From Takakia lepidozioides (taxonomy: Eukaryota; Plantae; Bryophyta), in assembly GCA_030704615.1 (NCBI GenBank), contig CM060732.1:2418001-2482000 (forward strand): DNA of 64,000 nt. The letters run 5' to 3'. The notes beneath the pieces are model-generated. The model saw nothing but the letters and a program-made list of their open reading frames with translations. It did no database searches and was not told the DNA's origin. The translations under genes and the position numbers were made by a program. Shown piece after piece: positions 1-12,806 of this stretch (position 1 is the first letter of the stretch; each line of letters begins with the position of its first letter).

Positions 1-398
1 CAAGAGGTGGGTTCTCGCTCTTTTCACAGCTCCTCTCATCTCTCTGCCCCATTCCAATGGGAGTGTCGTAAGGCAGAGAGAAGCAATGTTTCTGGCTGTT
101 TTATCTCACACTCATACTTAAACAGATGGATTTTGTGGCTAGATGAGTCAAATTTCAAACTTAAAGCAAAGCAAGTAGTACTATCAAACATCATGTAGCC
201 TGGCAATAAGCTGGCCGTGAGGCATCTGTTGCTTGAACACTATCTTACAAGCCTATCCTTTACTAGACCATGACTGGTAAAAATCTGGGGAGTTCTGTTG
301 CAGGTGTTGTGGGAAGTCATAAGCTTGGACTTGAAACAGGGAAGTCATGCTGCACAAGCACGCACTTATGAAGAGTTTGTGCTCTGTTGTGAGGTCAG

Positions 399-3300
399 GT
401 GGCCTCCTGCCCTTTTATCGTTTTGGTCACCTATTTTCACTCCAAAGAGACTTTGACAGATGCAATTGGGTCTTTACATCTTTACATCAGCACTTCCTCT
501 GAGCAAATGATGTGCGAAGGGGTGAAGCCCAACCGCATAACGTTTGTTTGCATTGGCAATGCGTGTGCAAGCGTGGCAGCCCTGGAAAGGTGCAAAGAGG
601 TCCATGGTGACATCGTCAAATCTGGAATTGTACCCGATGTCATTCTGAACACTGCCCTGCTGGACATGTATGTCAAATGTGAGTGCATCGAGGATGGAAA
701 GGGAGTGTTCGATAGTATGGCTGAATGAGATGTGGTGTCGTGGAGTGCGACAATTGCAGGATATGCATAGCAAGTATGCGGGATGGAGGCTTTGGAGACC
801 TATGAGCAATTGATGTGCGAAGGGGTGAAGCCCAACTGCAACACATTTGTTTGTGTTTGCAATGCGTGTGCAAGCCTAGGAGCTCTAGAAAAGGGGAAAG
901 AGGTCCATGGTGACATCGTCAAAGCTGGATTTGTACCAGATGTCCTCCTGAACACTGCCCTGGTGGACATGTATGCCAAATGTGGGGCATGAAGGATGCG
1001 AAGGGAGTTTTCAAATGGCAAGATGTGGTGTCGTGGAACGCGATGCACAGCAGGGGCGTGGGATGGAGGCTTTGAGCAAATGATGGGGGAAGGGGTGAAG
1101 CCCGACCACATCACATTTGTGTGCGTTTGCAATGCGTGTGCAAGCCTGGCAGCCCTGGAAAAGGGCAAAGAGGTGCATGGTTGCATCGCCAAAGCTGGAA
1201 CTATACCAGGTGTGATCCTGAACACTGCCCTGGTGGACATGTATGCCAAATGTGGGAGCATTGAGGATGCAGAGGGAGTGATCAACAATATGGCTGAACG
1301 AGATTTGTTGTCGTGGAACGTGATGCTTGCAGGGTATGCACAGCAGGGCGTGGGATGGAGGACTTGGAGACCTATGAGCAAATGATGGGGGAAGGGGTGA
1401 AGCGCGACCACATCACGTTTGTGTGCGTTTGCAGTGCGTGTGCAAGCCTGGCAGCCCTGGAAAAGGGCAAAGAGGTGCATGGTTGCATCGCCAAAGCTGG
1501 AATTGTACAGATGTGATTCTGAACAATACTCTCGTGGACATGTATGCCAAATGTGGGAGCATTGAGGATGCGGAGGGAGTGTTCAACAATATGGCTGAAC
1601 GAGATTTGGTGTCATGGAACGCCATGCTTGCAGGGTATGCACAGCAGGGGCGCGGGATGGAGGCCTTGGATCATACCTATGAGCAAATGATGGGGGAAGG
1701 GGTGAAATGCAACCACATCACGTTTGTGAGCGTTTGCAATGCTTGTGCAAGCCTGGCAGCCTTGGAAAGGGGCAAAGAGGTCCATGATGGGGGAAGGGGG
1801 GAAGCCCGACCACATCACGTTTGTGTGCATTTGTAATGTGTGTGCAAGCCACATTCATTTGTGTTCTCAATGTTGGTGCCAGCATGGTGGCCCTGGAGAA
1901 GGGCAAAGATATCCATGCTGACATTATCAAAGCTGGAATTTCGTCATACATTAATTGGGAGATTGCCCTTGTTAACATGTATGCCAAATATGGGAGTGTA
2001 AAGGAGGCCTGTCTAGTGTTCAACAATATGGTGGCAGGATATACCAAGCATGGTTGTGGTCGGAATGCCTTCGAGACATATGATCAACTGATACAGCAAG
2101 GGGTGATGCCCGATCAGGGTCACATTTGTTTGCATTCTCAAGGCTTGTGCGAGACTGGCAGCCCTGGAAAACGGCAAAGAGGTCCATGCCGACATATGAA
2201 AGCTGGACTTGTACCAAATCTGATTTTGAACAATAGCCTTGTTGACATGTATGCGAAATGCGGGAGCATGAAGGTTGCAAAGAGAGTATTTGACTACATG
2301 GCTGACCAGGATGTGGTGTCGTGGAATGCGATGATCACAGGATATGCCCAGCATGGGTGTGGGATGGAGGCTTTGGGGACCTATGAGCAAAAGATGTGGA
2401 AGCATTCAACAAAATGCCTTAACGATCTTGATCACATGGAATATAATGTTGGCAGGATTTACCAAGCATGGGTGTAGTAGGAATGCTTTTGAGACCTATG
2501 AGCAGATTCACATAAGATTTGTTTGTGTTTGCAATGCGTGTGCAAGCCTGGCAGCCCTGGAAAAGGGCAAAGAGGTGCATGGTTGCATTGCCAAAGCTGG
2601 AATTGTACCAGATGTGATTCTGAACAATACCCTCGTAGACATGTATGCCAAATGTGGGAGCATCGAGGATGTGGAGGGAGTGTTCAACAATATGGCTGAA
2701 TGAGATTTGGTGTCATGGAACGCCATGCTTGTAGGATATGCACAGCAGGGGTGCCGAATGGAGGCCTAGGGGAAGGGGTGAAGCCCGACCACATCACGTT
2801 TGTGTGCGTTTGCAATGTGTGTGCAAGCCTGGCAGCCCTGGAAAAGGGCAAAGAGGTTCATGTTGACATCATCAAAACTGGAATTGTACCAAATGTCATT
2901 CTGGACACTGCCCTGGTCACTTGTATGCGAAATGTGAGTGCAATGAGGATGCAAAGGGAGTATTTGACAATATGGCTGAATGAAATGTGGTGTCGTGGAA
3001 TGCGATAATCGCAGGATATGCCCAACATGGTTGTCATAGGGAGGTCCTGCAACTATTTGAAGGAATGCAAGAGAAAGGCTTGAAGCCGGACAATATCACC
3101 TTTATATGTGTTCTCTCTGCCTGCAGCCACACTGACCTACTGAATGAAGGAAGATGCTACTTTGATTCCCTGAGTGAAGATCATGGTATCACTCTGACAG
3201 TAAAGCACTTTGGCTGCATGGTGGACCTTTTTGGACGTGCGGGACAATTGGATGAGGCAGTGGACCTGATTAATAAAATGCCAATCAATCCAGATGTTGT

Positions 3301-3819
3301 AGTGTGGAAGGCCTTGCTTGGTGCCTGCAGAATCCATGGCAATGTGGAGATGGCTGAATGTGTGGCAACATCTATCCTCAAGTGGGATGAACAGGATGCC
3401 ACGACTTATGTGGTGTTATATCAAACATCCATGCTGCAGCTGGCAGGTGAGAAGAATGATGAAGGTCAGAGGGGTTAAAAAGGAACCAGATGACAAGTTG
3501 CATCCCAGAATTAAGGAAATCCATGCTGAGTTGAGAAGATTGTCTGGGCAGATGACGGAGGCGGGGTATGTGCCTGACACACGCTTTTTATTGCATGATG
3601 TGGAGGAGAGGAATTTTCTCTTAGCCACCACAGTGAGAAGCTGGCCATTGGTTTTGGGCTGATCAGCACGACTCATCAATAATCTTCGAGTGTGTGGAGA
3701 CTGCCACACCTCCACCAAATTCATCTCAAAGATTGTTGGTCGAGCAATTGTTGTATGGGACGCTAACTACTTTCCACCACTTTGAAGATGGGATTTGTTC
3801 TTGTGGTGATTACTGGTGA
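399..3819 (+). pseudogene. PLS-class pentatricopeptide repeat protein with E/DYW domain (organellar RNA-editing factor), disrupted by stops and frameshifts
   Basis: Repeated P-L-S motifs (LNTALVDMYAKCG, DLVSWNAMLAGYAQQG, GVKPDHITFVCVCNACASLAALEKGKEVH) are spread over several frames. E domain VVWKALLGACRIHGN. DYW motifs HSEKLA (~3630) and NLRVCGDCH (~3680), ending [15 protein letters not shown] at 3781-3819. Internal stops e.g. 726-728 and 2701-2703. Confidence 0.92.
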
Positions 3820-4527
3820 AAGGATGTTTTCTTGGAAAGATGCTAGTGTCTTGCTTCATTCATTGATCTGTGTAGCTACTCAGACCATCCACCATTTCCT
3901 GATAGTGGGGTCTACCCAGCATAGGTAGGAAGTCAGCCCACAATTGCACTTGACTGAAGGGGTGATTTTTGACTGATTCTGGTGACAGTGGATGGAAATC
4001 AGAGTGCTGTCCTAATTCTGGGTTTGGGTGGTGGAGCTTCTCCAAAGCTTGAAGATGGAAGTGAATACGAATTTTAATGAGCTTGATGAGAGGGGCAGCC
4101 CTGTGCACAAGTTTGTTCAGCATCTTAAATTTTGTTTCTCGTGGTGTGGCTTTGGATGGAGCCCTTGATGAACTTACATGAATATTGTCAAAAGCTAGCG
4201 TTAACCCACCAAGATCCAATCCCACGGTGGATGCTTGAAAGTTCATATAGTGAATGTAAGGGTATTTGGGTATGTTGATATTGATTGATGGGGCTTGTGA
4301 AAATTGAACATTGAAATGCAGATCCGCCATTTTTCTTCCAGGAAAAAACAAAACATGGGATCTCTGCATGTAGCACAGTGGGGCTGACCCACCCCTTTTT
4401 TGTGAAAAATTGAACGTAGTTCTCAGAATTCGTCACTAGTAGTGCGGAGCAACGCGAAGCCCTAGTTTTTATACCATAGCACTTTTAGAGAAATTTTCGA
4501 AAATTAGGTATTCTTTGAAGATAAACC

Positions 4528-4760
4528 AACAGCCAGTAGCTCAGATGGTTGAGTGCATTGAGTGCCACCCAGATGATTCTGGGGTCAAATCCTGCTACTA
4601 ACGGGTGTGGTATGGTTCCTGGGCGGTGTCCCACTCATTCCATGGCGCGTAAATGAAAGAGGTTATTTTCTCCTCTCACTACCAAGGGGCCTGATTTGTA
4701 AGCTGCTGCTCCCAGGTGTTTCCCTTTAAAGAAAAACAAAATAAAAAACAAAAAATTAAA
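4528..4760 (+). mobile_element. tRNA-derived SINE-like element
   Basis: A-box-like TAGCTCAGATGG (~4537) and B-box-like GGTCAAATCC (~4583) at tRNA spacing, no complete cloverleaf, then an unrelated body and an A-rich tail (~4728-4760). Confidence 0.55.
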
Positions 4761-5783
4761 ATTAGGCACTCTTGTCAAAAATAATCACATTGATTAGGCA
4801 CTTTTTTTTCGAATTAATTTCTGTTTAACCGGCTATCCCACTACGGTAGTAGCCTATGATTTTGTCTTATGTTAACAGCTAATAAAATAATAGCAAAAGT
4901 GTTGGCAGCTTATCTGTCACGGCACTTGGCTGGGAATATGAGAAACAAAGGCAGCTACCATCTGGCTGAGGTGCTTAGGGATAGGATTCCTACAAGGGCG
5001 CCTAAGCTCAAGGCGCAGTTGTTTACTGGTTGTGTACTTGGTGTGGATGGATGGATGAAACAGAGATTTTCAGGTGCAGCACAGTCAGGAAGAATCGTGA
5101 GAAGCGTATCTTAGGTCCTCTGCAGTTGGTTCCTTTTCCTAAAGCAGGCATGCTTTGACTTGCTACTTACCCCTAGAACTCCCGTCACTACTGAGGAACA
5201 GAATCACTACTGCGAGCCATCACTAGTGCGAGCCGGAACCTGGCTTCACAAGGTACGGTGTTAAGCCTTAAACTTCAGCCAGTCTGAATGATGAGGTAAG
5301 TTAGGGCCAAAACTAATCCAGTAGCTTAAATTAGTTTTAAGTACCTCCTTGTTATCTACCGTGTGGTGTGAAGCGTAAGAACCTGAATTTTTGTTGAAGG
5401 TCTCCGGTCTTTTTAACCTAGAAGGACATGATCAGTGTGTATTCCAACAACTGTGTCACTTTGAAATGGAAACCATCCTATTACAGGTACAGGAAACAAA
5501 CAGGTGAAACTCCTCAAGACTGCGAAGGGGAGTCTACCGGAAGGCAACATTCAACATTAAGAACGTTGCCTCACAGGATACATGACCTCAAGACTCCCCA
5601 GCTCATATTTTCATGATATCTGACCGACTCTCAGTAGTCTACATTGCAAATTGGATATCCTTCTCTGAAGCCCAGCTACATGTACATGGTGCAGACCTCC
5701 CCTCACATTAGGATTCTAATTATTTCAACTCGATGCATAAATACATGATTGCATCAGAAGGGTGCTCCACTATTGGAGTGGGC

Positions 5784-8700
5784 TCACGTGTCGTCCAGAG
5801 AGGTCTTGGTAATGCTTGCCTCCAGCTCATCCAACTCGTCAAAATCCAACTCATCGTCATCCTCTGCAAGTAATTTCTCATCATCTTCACACATCTCAGC
5901 TCTTCCCCTGCTGCCAACCTCCTTGGTCTGCAGGCACCAACTCTGCGTTACCCTCCTCTCTACATCCGGGCAGTGCAGGTAAAAGGTTTTCCTTTTCATT
6001 TGAAGTGTGACTCGAGTTAGGTGATGGAACCAAATCCAGAACATACAAGAGAGCAAAATCATCATTCATCTCCCAGCAAGCTGTCCAGGATGGTTCTCAC
6101 TTTCTGCCATTGATCAAATCATGGGAAACGAGGGCAAGGCAGCAGGCAACATTGGGAGCATTACTGCTCAGTATTCTAGACTGGGTGAATGAAATGTCAC
6201 ACTCCCCAACCACAGCTGCTGATCTCTAATCATTAAACAGCGCTAAATTCTGGTGGCATAAACCACAGACCGGCAATAACTGATATGCCTCAGGCTATCC
6301 AAAATCCTGTTAACATCCAAAGCCTATTGTGAAGTTTACAAGAGGCATCTGCTAGATAGAAGGCATGTTATACTTGCAGGACAACATTAGTTGTGACGAA
6401 TTCACATTCCAGGCTCAGAAATCAGATGCTCTTTTTTTTCTTCCTCTTCCCCAATGAGTATGCTGTAGGGAAAACAGTTTTCTCCCCCTGGACCTGGAGC
6501 GTGATCTAGACTTGCTCTCACAATAAAGTTTCCACACAAACTTCCTCTCATACCTTCCTCTCCTCTGACCTTTGGCTAAATCAGCTGCATTGTGACAAGT
6601 AATCATACTACATTGTATAAAAGGTGGTTGAGCAATGTGCATTAGCTGTACACCACATACGGGTACACCACATATCTTCTGTTTCTTATTTTTAATTTAC
6701 TTGTTGGTGTCTAAGTGTGCAACACAACATGACGCAGATAGTAGTAACAGCAATGCAGGATGAGCAGATTTAACAACAGTCACAAGACAGGTACCTCATT
6801 ATTGTTCCCCGAAGGTTGAGTACTTGAGGTCTCTTGTTCATCTTCTTCCTCTCGCTGGTAGCGATCAAACGCTTCCGCATCATCCACAAACAAACTTGCA
6901 TCTGACAGAAAAAGCTCGCGCCCACTGATCCAACCCAAATTCAGCAAAAATAGGAACGAACTGAGTCCCACTTTTTGGTAGCTCTACCCATGGCAGGATC
7001 AAATGATACATATGCACCTTTCCTGCCCTAGTGTTGCCACCAGAATGAGGGACGAGAAGAGGCTGTTGTTTGGCAGAACTGCCAGCATACCTCATACGGT
7101 CATTCTTGGCCCTTTCAGCCTTCTTGGCAGCAGACTCGGCCTCTTTCTGCTCTGTCTTCCGTCTCTTCCACTCTGCAAAAAGCTCTGTGGTGATTGGCGT
7201 TGAAGTCTTGGTCATTGTCCTCTGCATGCATCAACATTCAGGCTCGCCTTTTTTCAGTTAGAGCTTCATTCACTCACTCCCCATTTACAGGTAGCAGATA
7301 TAGAATCATGGGGCGAAAAAACCCACCATTGAAACCCTCCCACTTCTATAGGGACAACTGATAAGAGGGATTAAAGTGCAGTCTCTTAAGCTTTATGGAT
7401 CAGTAAGTTCTTTGCTCCATTTTGTGGAACTGATCAAGTTGGTACAAGTCTCCTTGGATTGCTCACTCCACCTACCATACCTTTAAGTGTAGTGGATAGT
7501 TGTGGGACCTCTCTCAGATGTTGCTTACGACATTTTCGAAGATACCCCCAAATAAAGGGGATACTAGCTTTAAGCCTCGAGTCCAAAGGGAACCAACTTA
7601 CTCAGTTCGTGAATTGTGGCGAGGTGATGATGCTCACACTTCTTTGAAGTGCGGTCGAATGCAAACAGTTGAGAGAATACTACACTCATTCAATGCTTGC
7701 TGGGGTTCTGACAGGCACCGGTTATGGAGTTTCCACTCTCCGTCCGACAGATCGGACAGTTTGTTTAGAACTTTGTGATATGACTGATATGACGATTTTG
7801 GGGCTAGTAGACTACAGATTGGGCTCTCCTCTGATCTGTCCCAGTAGGTGCATTGTCACCTCAGAAAAATGCCCACACACCCTCGTGTAACATTTTTTAC
7901 TGATATTCCTTCCTATGATGTAATCTTTAAAAGCAAAATGGTACAGAGGGTCTTATGCTCATGATTTAACAAACCTGGTGTTCGATTTCTTCCTCAATTG
8001 ACATCTTCTCGCCCTCTTCCTCCAGTAATGCCTTCATTTGAGATTTCAGAACATAGCCAGGAGGCAACGCATGTCTATAATGACAATCCTTGCCTCCAGT
8101 TGGACACACCCAGAACCAGCCATACTGTTTCTTCTCCACAGCATCCAGAAAATACTTGCAAACCTGCAAAACCACCACAATACCAAAGGTAAACAATTGA
8201 TGCAAACCTAGGTTAAAAAGCTTCAGGCTAAATTTGACACATAGGCCTCTCTCCAGTGACCAAATGAGGTGGAGGTGGAGGTGACAAACACCAGAGATAT
8301 ACATCTGGGGATGAATGGAAAACCTCCTGCAGGAAAGGCCATAGGTCTATATTTTCTCTCTGGCGAGGAATGTAGTTCCGGCTTTTGACAAGCTGCCAAG
8401 ATGCTACCAAAGTACTGCTAGGCAGAGCCAACGCCAACCTCTGATGCCAGGTTAGCAGTGCAGATACTGTTGCCCTTGTGGATTCCTTAATTATGGCTGC
8501 TGTGATGGCATAGAAGACAACGGCTAAGGTGCAATCGAGTTACAAATAAACAGGAAATCGTGGAGACCACAAGCTAAGGCAGCATAACTCCAAGGTGACA
8601 CAGATGAAAGTGGGAGACATCAGCACAGAATGCATACAATCTCAGTCGGTTTGTTGTTACTGTACTCCTTGCATTTGGACTCCACCACTTTTTCCAATGT

Positions 8701-9838
8701 TGCTTGGTCCCAATCCTCCATGGTATCTGCCAATTCACACAACTCAGGAATTCACCCACATTGTCTAGTGATGAACCGCTCAAGCTATAGAAGTCCCCAC
8801 TTCAAACAAGTTTTAGTATGAATGGTAAAGCCCACCGTCATCGGCATCGCGTTGATCACTGTAGATGTCGATCTTCTCTCCCTTTCTCTCAACACTAAGA
8901 TCATGTGAATACTTGCATTTGAAACCTTTTGCACATTGCCCATGTCGGAAAAACTCACACACAATTGACTTAGGGTCCACACCTGCAACAACCGGGTGTC
9001 ATCAAAATTATGTTAGAGATTCCTCAAAACCAACGGATGACTGTGAAGTGTCCATGTCACAAATACATCACAAACTGGGCAGCCTCAAGCAAATTAAGTA
9101 ATGAAGCTGGATAGCACATGAACATACCAACAGGAACTTTGGGCTGGCTGATGGCCACTTTAAACAGCTCATTCAACTCTTTCTCTCTCTGACTCTCTTC
9201 GTCTTTCTTCTTCTGCATAACACAATCCCTGTGAATACAAAGTCCATGTGCGATGCCCAGCTTTGCAGCCACATATTAGCTTATCCAAGACGAGGACTAT
9301 CTTGCAATAAAGTTTGGAAATTATCCATCCCAACCGACCGATGAGGAGCGTCCACTATACAAAACAGCAAAATATATACGGGAAAATCAGCACAGTGAAG
9401 TTTAGTAACAGCGATTGCTAGATTTACCCTGCTCTCAAGTAAAACACTATCAGAAACAATGAAGGGGAGTGCTACTGGAAGCCTTTTCGCTTCATCCAAT
9501 ACAAGCAACCACCTCATCCCACAATTGAAGTGCCAGCAAATAAACAGATCGCCAATTGATCAACACAGGTACACGAAATGAGAGCTTTGACCAAATAGGA
9601 TAAACATTGTAAGTACTTTAGGCGGAAGGAATACCTTCAGCGCCGCTTTGGCATCATTTTCCGCACGTTTAGAGCCCGCCTGAACAGACTGGTGCAGACT
9701 CTGTACGTACTTTTGAACGTTTTTGCTCTTGTTTTTGTTCTTCAGACCAAACGTCTTGTCCTCGACGACCTTCTGCTTCTTTGCGAGGTCCGCCTTCTGC
9801 TTTTCCTTGCCTGCCTTGGGCGTTGCCTTGGGCGGCAT
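5784..9838 (-). CDS. ZC3H15: CCCH zinc-finger protein of the ZC3H15/TMA46 (DFRP1) family; 8 exons: 9838-9635, 9212-9128, 8982-8836, 8726-8638, 8163-7975, 7221-7091, 6924-6795, 5927-5784
   Basis: MPPK...[93 protein letters not shown] and an acidic C-terminus. All introns are GT-AG and phases are consistent. Confidence 0.93.
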
Positions 9839-10660
9839 GTTTAGAGGGTCTAGATGTCTAGACTCTCTCTCCTTCCCTTCCTCCCTCACTCCCTCCCTCT
9901 CGCTCTCTTTTCTATCCAGACTAGCAAAAATCAAGACGAGCCCAGTGTAGCGCGGGTTGCGCAACACTAGTCACGCCATTTTAGGGCATGCATAACCATG
10001 GGCCACCCTGGGCACTATGTCCCAGACACTGAGGGGATAGTGCCGGGTAAGCCCAAAAAGGCCAGAACATGCCCGGCAAAGCCCGGGCCTAAGATTCCGT
10101 ATCCCGGGCTTCAAGTGAAGAACATGACCATGTCTCCTTTCTACCCTGGTTCAACGTTAACTGCGTATAGATAGCACGGGTATGTATCTTTTAATACGTA
10201 TACACGTATACAACCTACATACGTACATGTCCTGCTCGTAGGAAGGCAAGGTAGCTGTTTTCTTCCTTTCGGCGAGAGAGACAAAGAGAGGGATATTGCC
10301 GATCCGTTGGAATAGACTTTTCCAAGTCCGCCACCCACTCACAAATGGAGAGGATGCAATCAATGCCTATCTTGGAGGATGCATCTGACGTGCGGGACGG
10401 CAACTCCAACCATGCTAAAACGGAAGGTAATGGGACAGTTTACTTTTCAACTTTCAATGGCCGTAAGGCTATGGCAAGCCAAGGTTCGCAGGAGGAGACC
10501 GCATGAGGACATTTTCTCTTGTTTTTCCCTCAAAGCTGAAGAGGTTCAGATCAGCAAGGAGCAAGTTCTTTTTACACACTCCTGAAGTATGCAATTTTTA
10601 CTACTGGGTATCCATGCGCGTCCTTAATTTCCATATTGTTGTGGTTGGTTACATGCACAT

Positions 10661-11038
10661 ATTGGAAGAAAAGCTGTCGAACATGGAATCAGAAAATCAA
10701 GTGCTGCGTCAACAGACGCTTGTCCTCTCCCACCAAAGGACTTTCCAACCGATTCAAAAGCACTGTTTTCCAGGTTATACTCTCTTAAGCTTTTTTGAGT
10801 GGAAGTCCAGTGGACAGACATTTGGCTTGCTGAATGCATGGTGCTCGACAGCATACATATGTGCAGCTGATAAGTAGAACCAGAGTATGTGCCCACAGTT
10901 AGAAATGGTTGTCAGAACAAAAAGTGAGGCTCCATTTTTACTCCCAAAGTATTAGAAACTTTCAGGGTGAGTGCTGACAAGTTTAAATCTGGGAGGCTTC
11001 AGAGAACCCCAGAAAATGGGTACCTTGCAAATGGTGAT
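10661..11038 (+). pseudogene. Myosin XI tail fragment (two partial exons with retained intron 10774-11002)
   Basis: LEEKLSNMESENQVLRQQTLVLS[frameshift]TKGLSNRFKSTVFQ, GT-AG intron, then RTPENGYLANGD. The upstream acceptor reads CAT instead of CAG. Confidence 0.8.
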
Positions 11039-11156
11039 GGAGGAAAATGAGCGACTTGCCAAGCATACATCCCAACTCACCCTTGACAATCACTTCCTAC
11101 GCCAGCAAGTGCAGCAGCTTACAGGAATCCCTGGCAAGTGCCGTCTCCCGGACCAG
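11037..11156 (+). pseudogene. Class III HD-ZIP leucine-zipper exon fragment fused to the myosin fragment
   Basis: MEENERLAKHTSQLTLDNHFLRQQVQQL resembles the HD-ZIP III zipper (LMEENDRLQKQVSQLVYEN..FRQ) and ends at a CAG|GT donor at 11156. Confidence 0.7.
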
Positions 11157-11416
11157 GTTGGTTTTCAACATACACCATCCTAGCAAGTTGTGAGCATGAC
11201 TGTTGTGCTGATGTGAGTTTGGGTATTTGTCAGAGTGAAGTACTCCGAGATTGATACAAGGTAATTAAGGATGCAAAATGAGGTTCTGATTTTGTGATAT
11301 ACAAATACATGGCAATGGCAGTGGTGCTTCCTGCTTTGCTTTCAGATTAGCCAACAATCTTTCTCTTTTGCAAAACAAAAGTAATTCCAGATACAACACT
11401 TATTCGAGACCCAACG

Positions 11417-11422
11417 AAAAAA
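11417..11422 (-). terminator. RNA polymerase III terminator (T6) of tRNA-Ala
   Basis: TTTTTT immediately 3' of the tRNA on the minus strand. Confidence 0.85.
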
Positions 11423-11495
11423 TGGAGATGCGGGGTATTGATCCCCGTACCTCTCGCATGCTAAGCGAGCGCTCTACCATCTGAGCTACATCCCC
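11423..11495 (-). tRNA. tRNA-Ala(AGC)
   Basis: Reverse complement GGGGATGTAGCTCAGATGGTAGAGCGCTCGCTTAGCATGCGAGAGGTACGGGGATCAATACCCCGCATCTCCA: 73 nt, complete cloverleaf, G3:U70 pair, anticodon AGC. Confidence 0.97.
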
Positions 11496-12806
11496 TTCAT
11501 AGATGCAATATTTGTTTCTTTCATATTCACTCATTGTAAACAGAAATAGTCAGCAGCCCACCCTTCCTGAAGACGCATTCGTTTCTATGGTATTTAATTT
11601 TACTCATTGTGAACAGATAGCCAGCAGCCCCTGGTACAATGTGAAGCCATGATGTACGAATGCATAGGGTCAATAATGTTGGTTGATCTCATGCACAACA
11701 CTCCATGCATGGTCTGGACTCTGGACCAGAGGAATGTTTCAAAAAGGTACTTTTTCCGGCGTAGCCCTAACCTTTCAGATTGAGGTTTTGATGTTACCCA
11801 TGCACCTGAAATTAGACCACCCTGGATGGGAATACGAAAGATAATTGAAATCCAATATCATAGGATCTAAAAAAGGCGCAAAATCTACAAGCCTTGAGGC
11901 TGCTCAACTTGCTGGATGTCACGTTATGCCCATGGAATTGCAGATGGATCATGTTTCGGATCATAGGAGTTCAAAAAGGCTTGCGCAGTTGGGGTTGTCC
12001 TTGTGCAATGAAAAAAATCTGAGAGCTGCCCTCTCATGGCTGTGCGAGTCCTAGAAAAATAGAAAAAAAAAACAGGAGAAAAACAAATCGCTCTAGTCTA
12101 GACCAGTGGGGGCTTTGTGAGATAGTCACAGCATGACACCGATCCAAACAAACTACTGTCTGTTATGGAATAGCAGCACTATGCTTTGAACATGAATTGT
12201 AGGACATGGGAATTTGATTGAAATTGACACAGGAAAAGGTCATTTGGAGCATCCAACATCTGCCAACAGGGTCAGTTATGAGGCCATGGATAACGAAGTG
12301 ACCATTTATATTAGAAAGAACAGTTGAATGGGAAACCTACAATTGTGCTACATGAGATAGAGGCAATTCGTTTCAGACTATAGCTTGCAAGAAAACGTCA
12401 AAAATCAAAGAGACAACTCAACAAGCTTGAAGTGTTTGGAAACCTTCTTGCCTTGCAATCCCGCATGCCACCATCAGCATCAATGCAGGGATTTTCTGTA
12501 ACATCCTTGAATGTCTCGTGCATGGGCCTTTCCCTCCTGATGTGATCATTTATTTCCATGTGACAGCTGAAGTTTCCACCCATCACAGAAGGACTATGAG
12601 GATCTATGCATGTGAAAGGACATTAGATAATGGACCAACAACGTGTAGTTTGAACGATTTTACCCCAGGAAGAGAAAATCCACACAAACTCAGGTCTCCA
12701 CTCTCCCAGGCTTGCGTGATAGGTCTTAGCGATGTCCAACAAATCTGTGAGGCCCATGAAGCATCCACCAGTGACCAAGAAGCACCACTCAGTGGGAGAT
12801 CCTTCT

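Noticed and set aside
4531-4610. Functional tRNA gene (also considered at 23750-23822 and 44490-44555)
   Set aside because: Only A/B boxes, no proper cloverleaf; tails, and TSDs for two of them, indicate SINEs.
12000-12800. Paired LTRs for Gypsy copy 1
   Set aside because: No direct repeat found by eye between 12.0-12.8 kb and 20-23 kb; copies 1 and 3 diverge right after the PHD.
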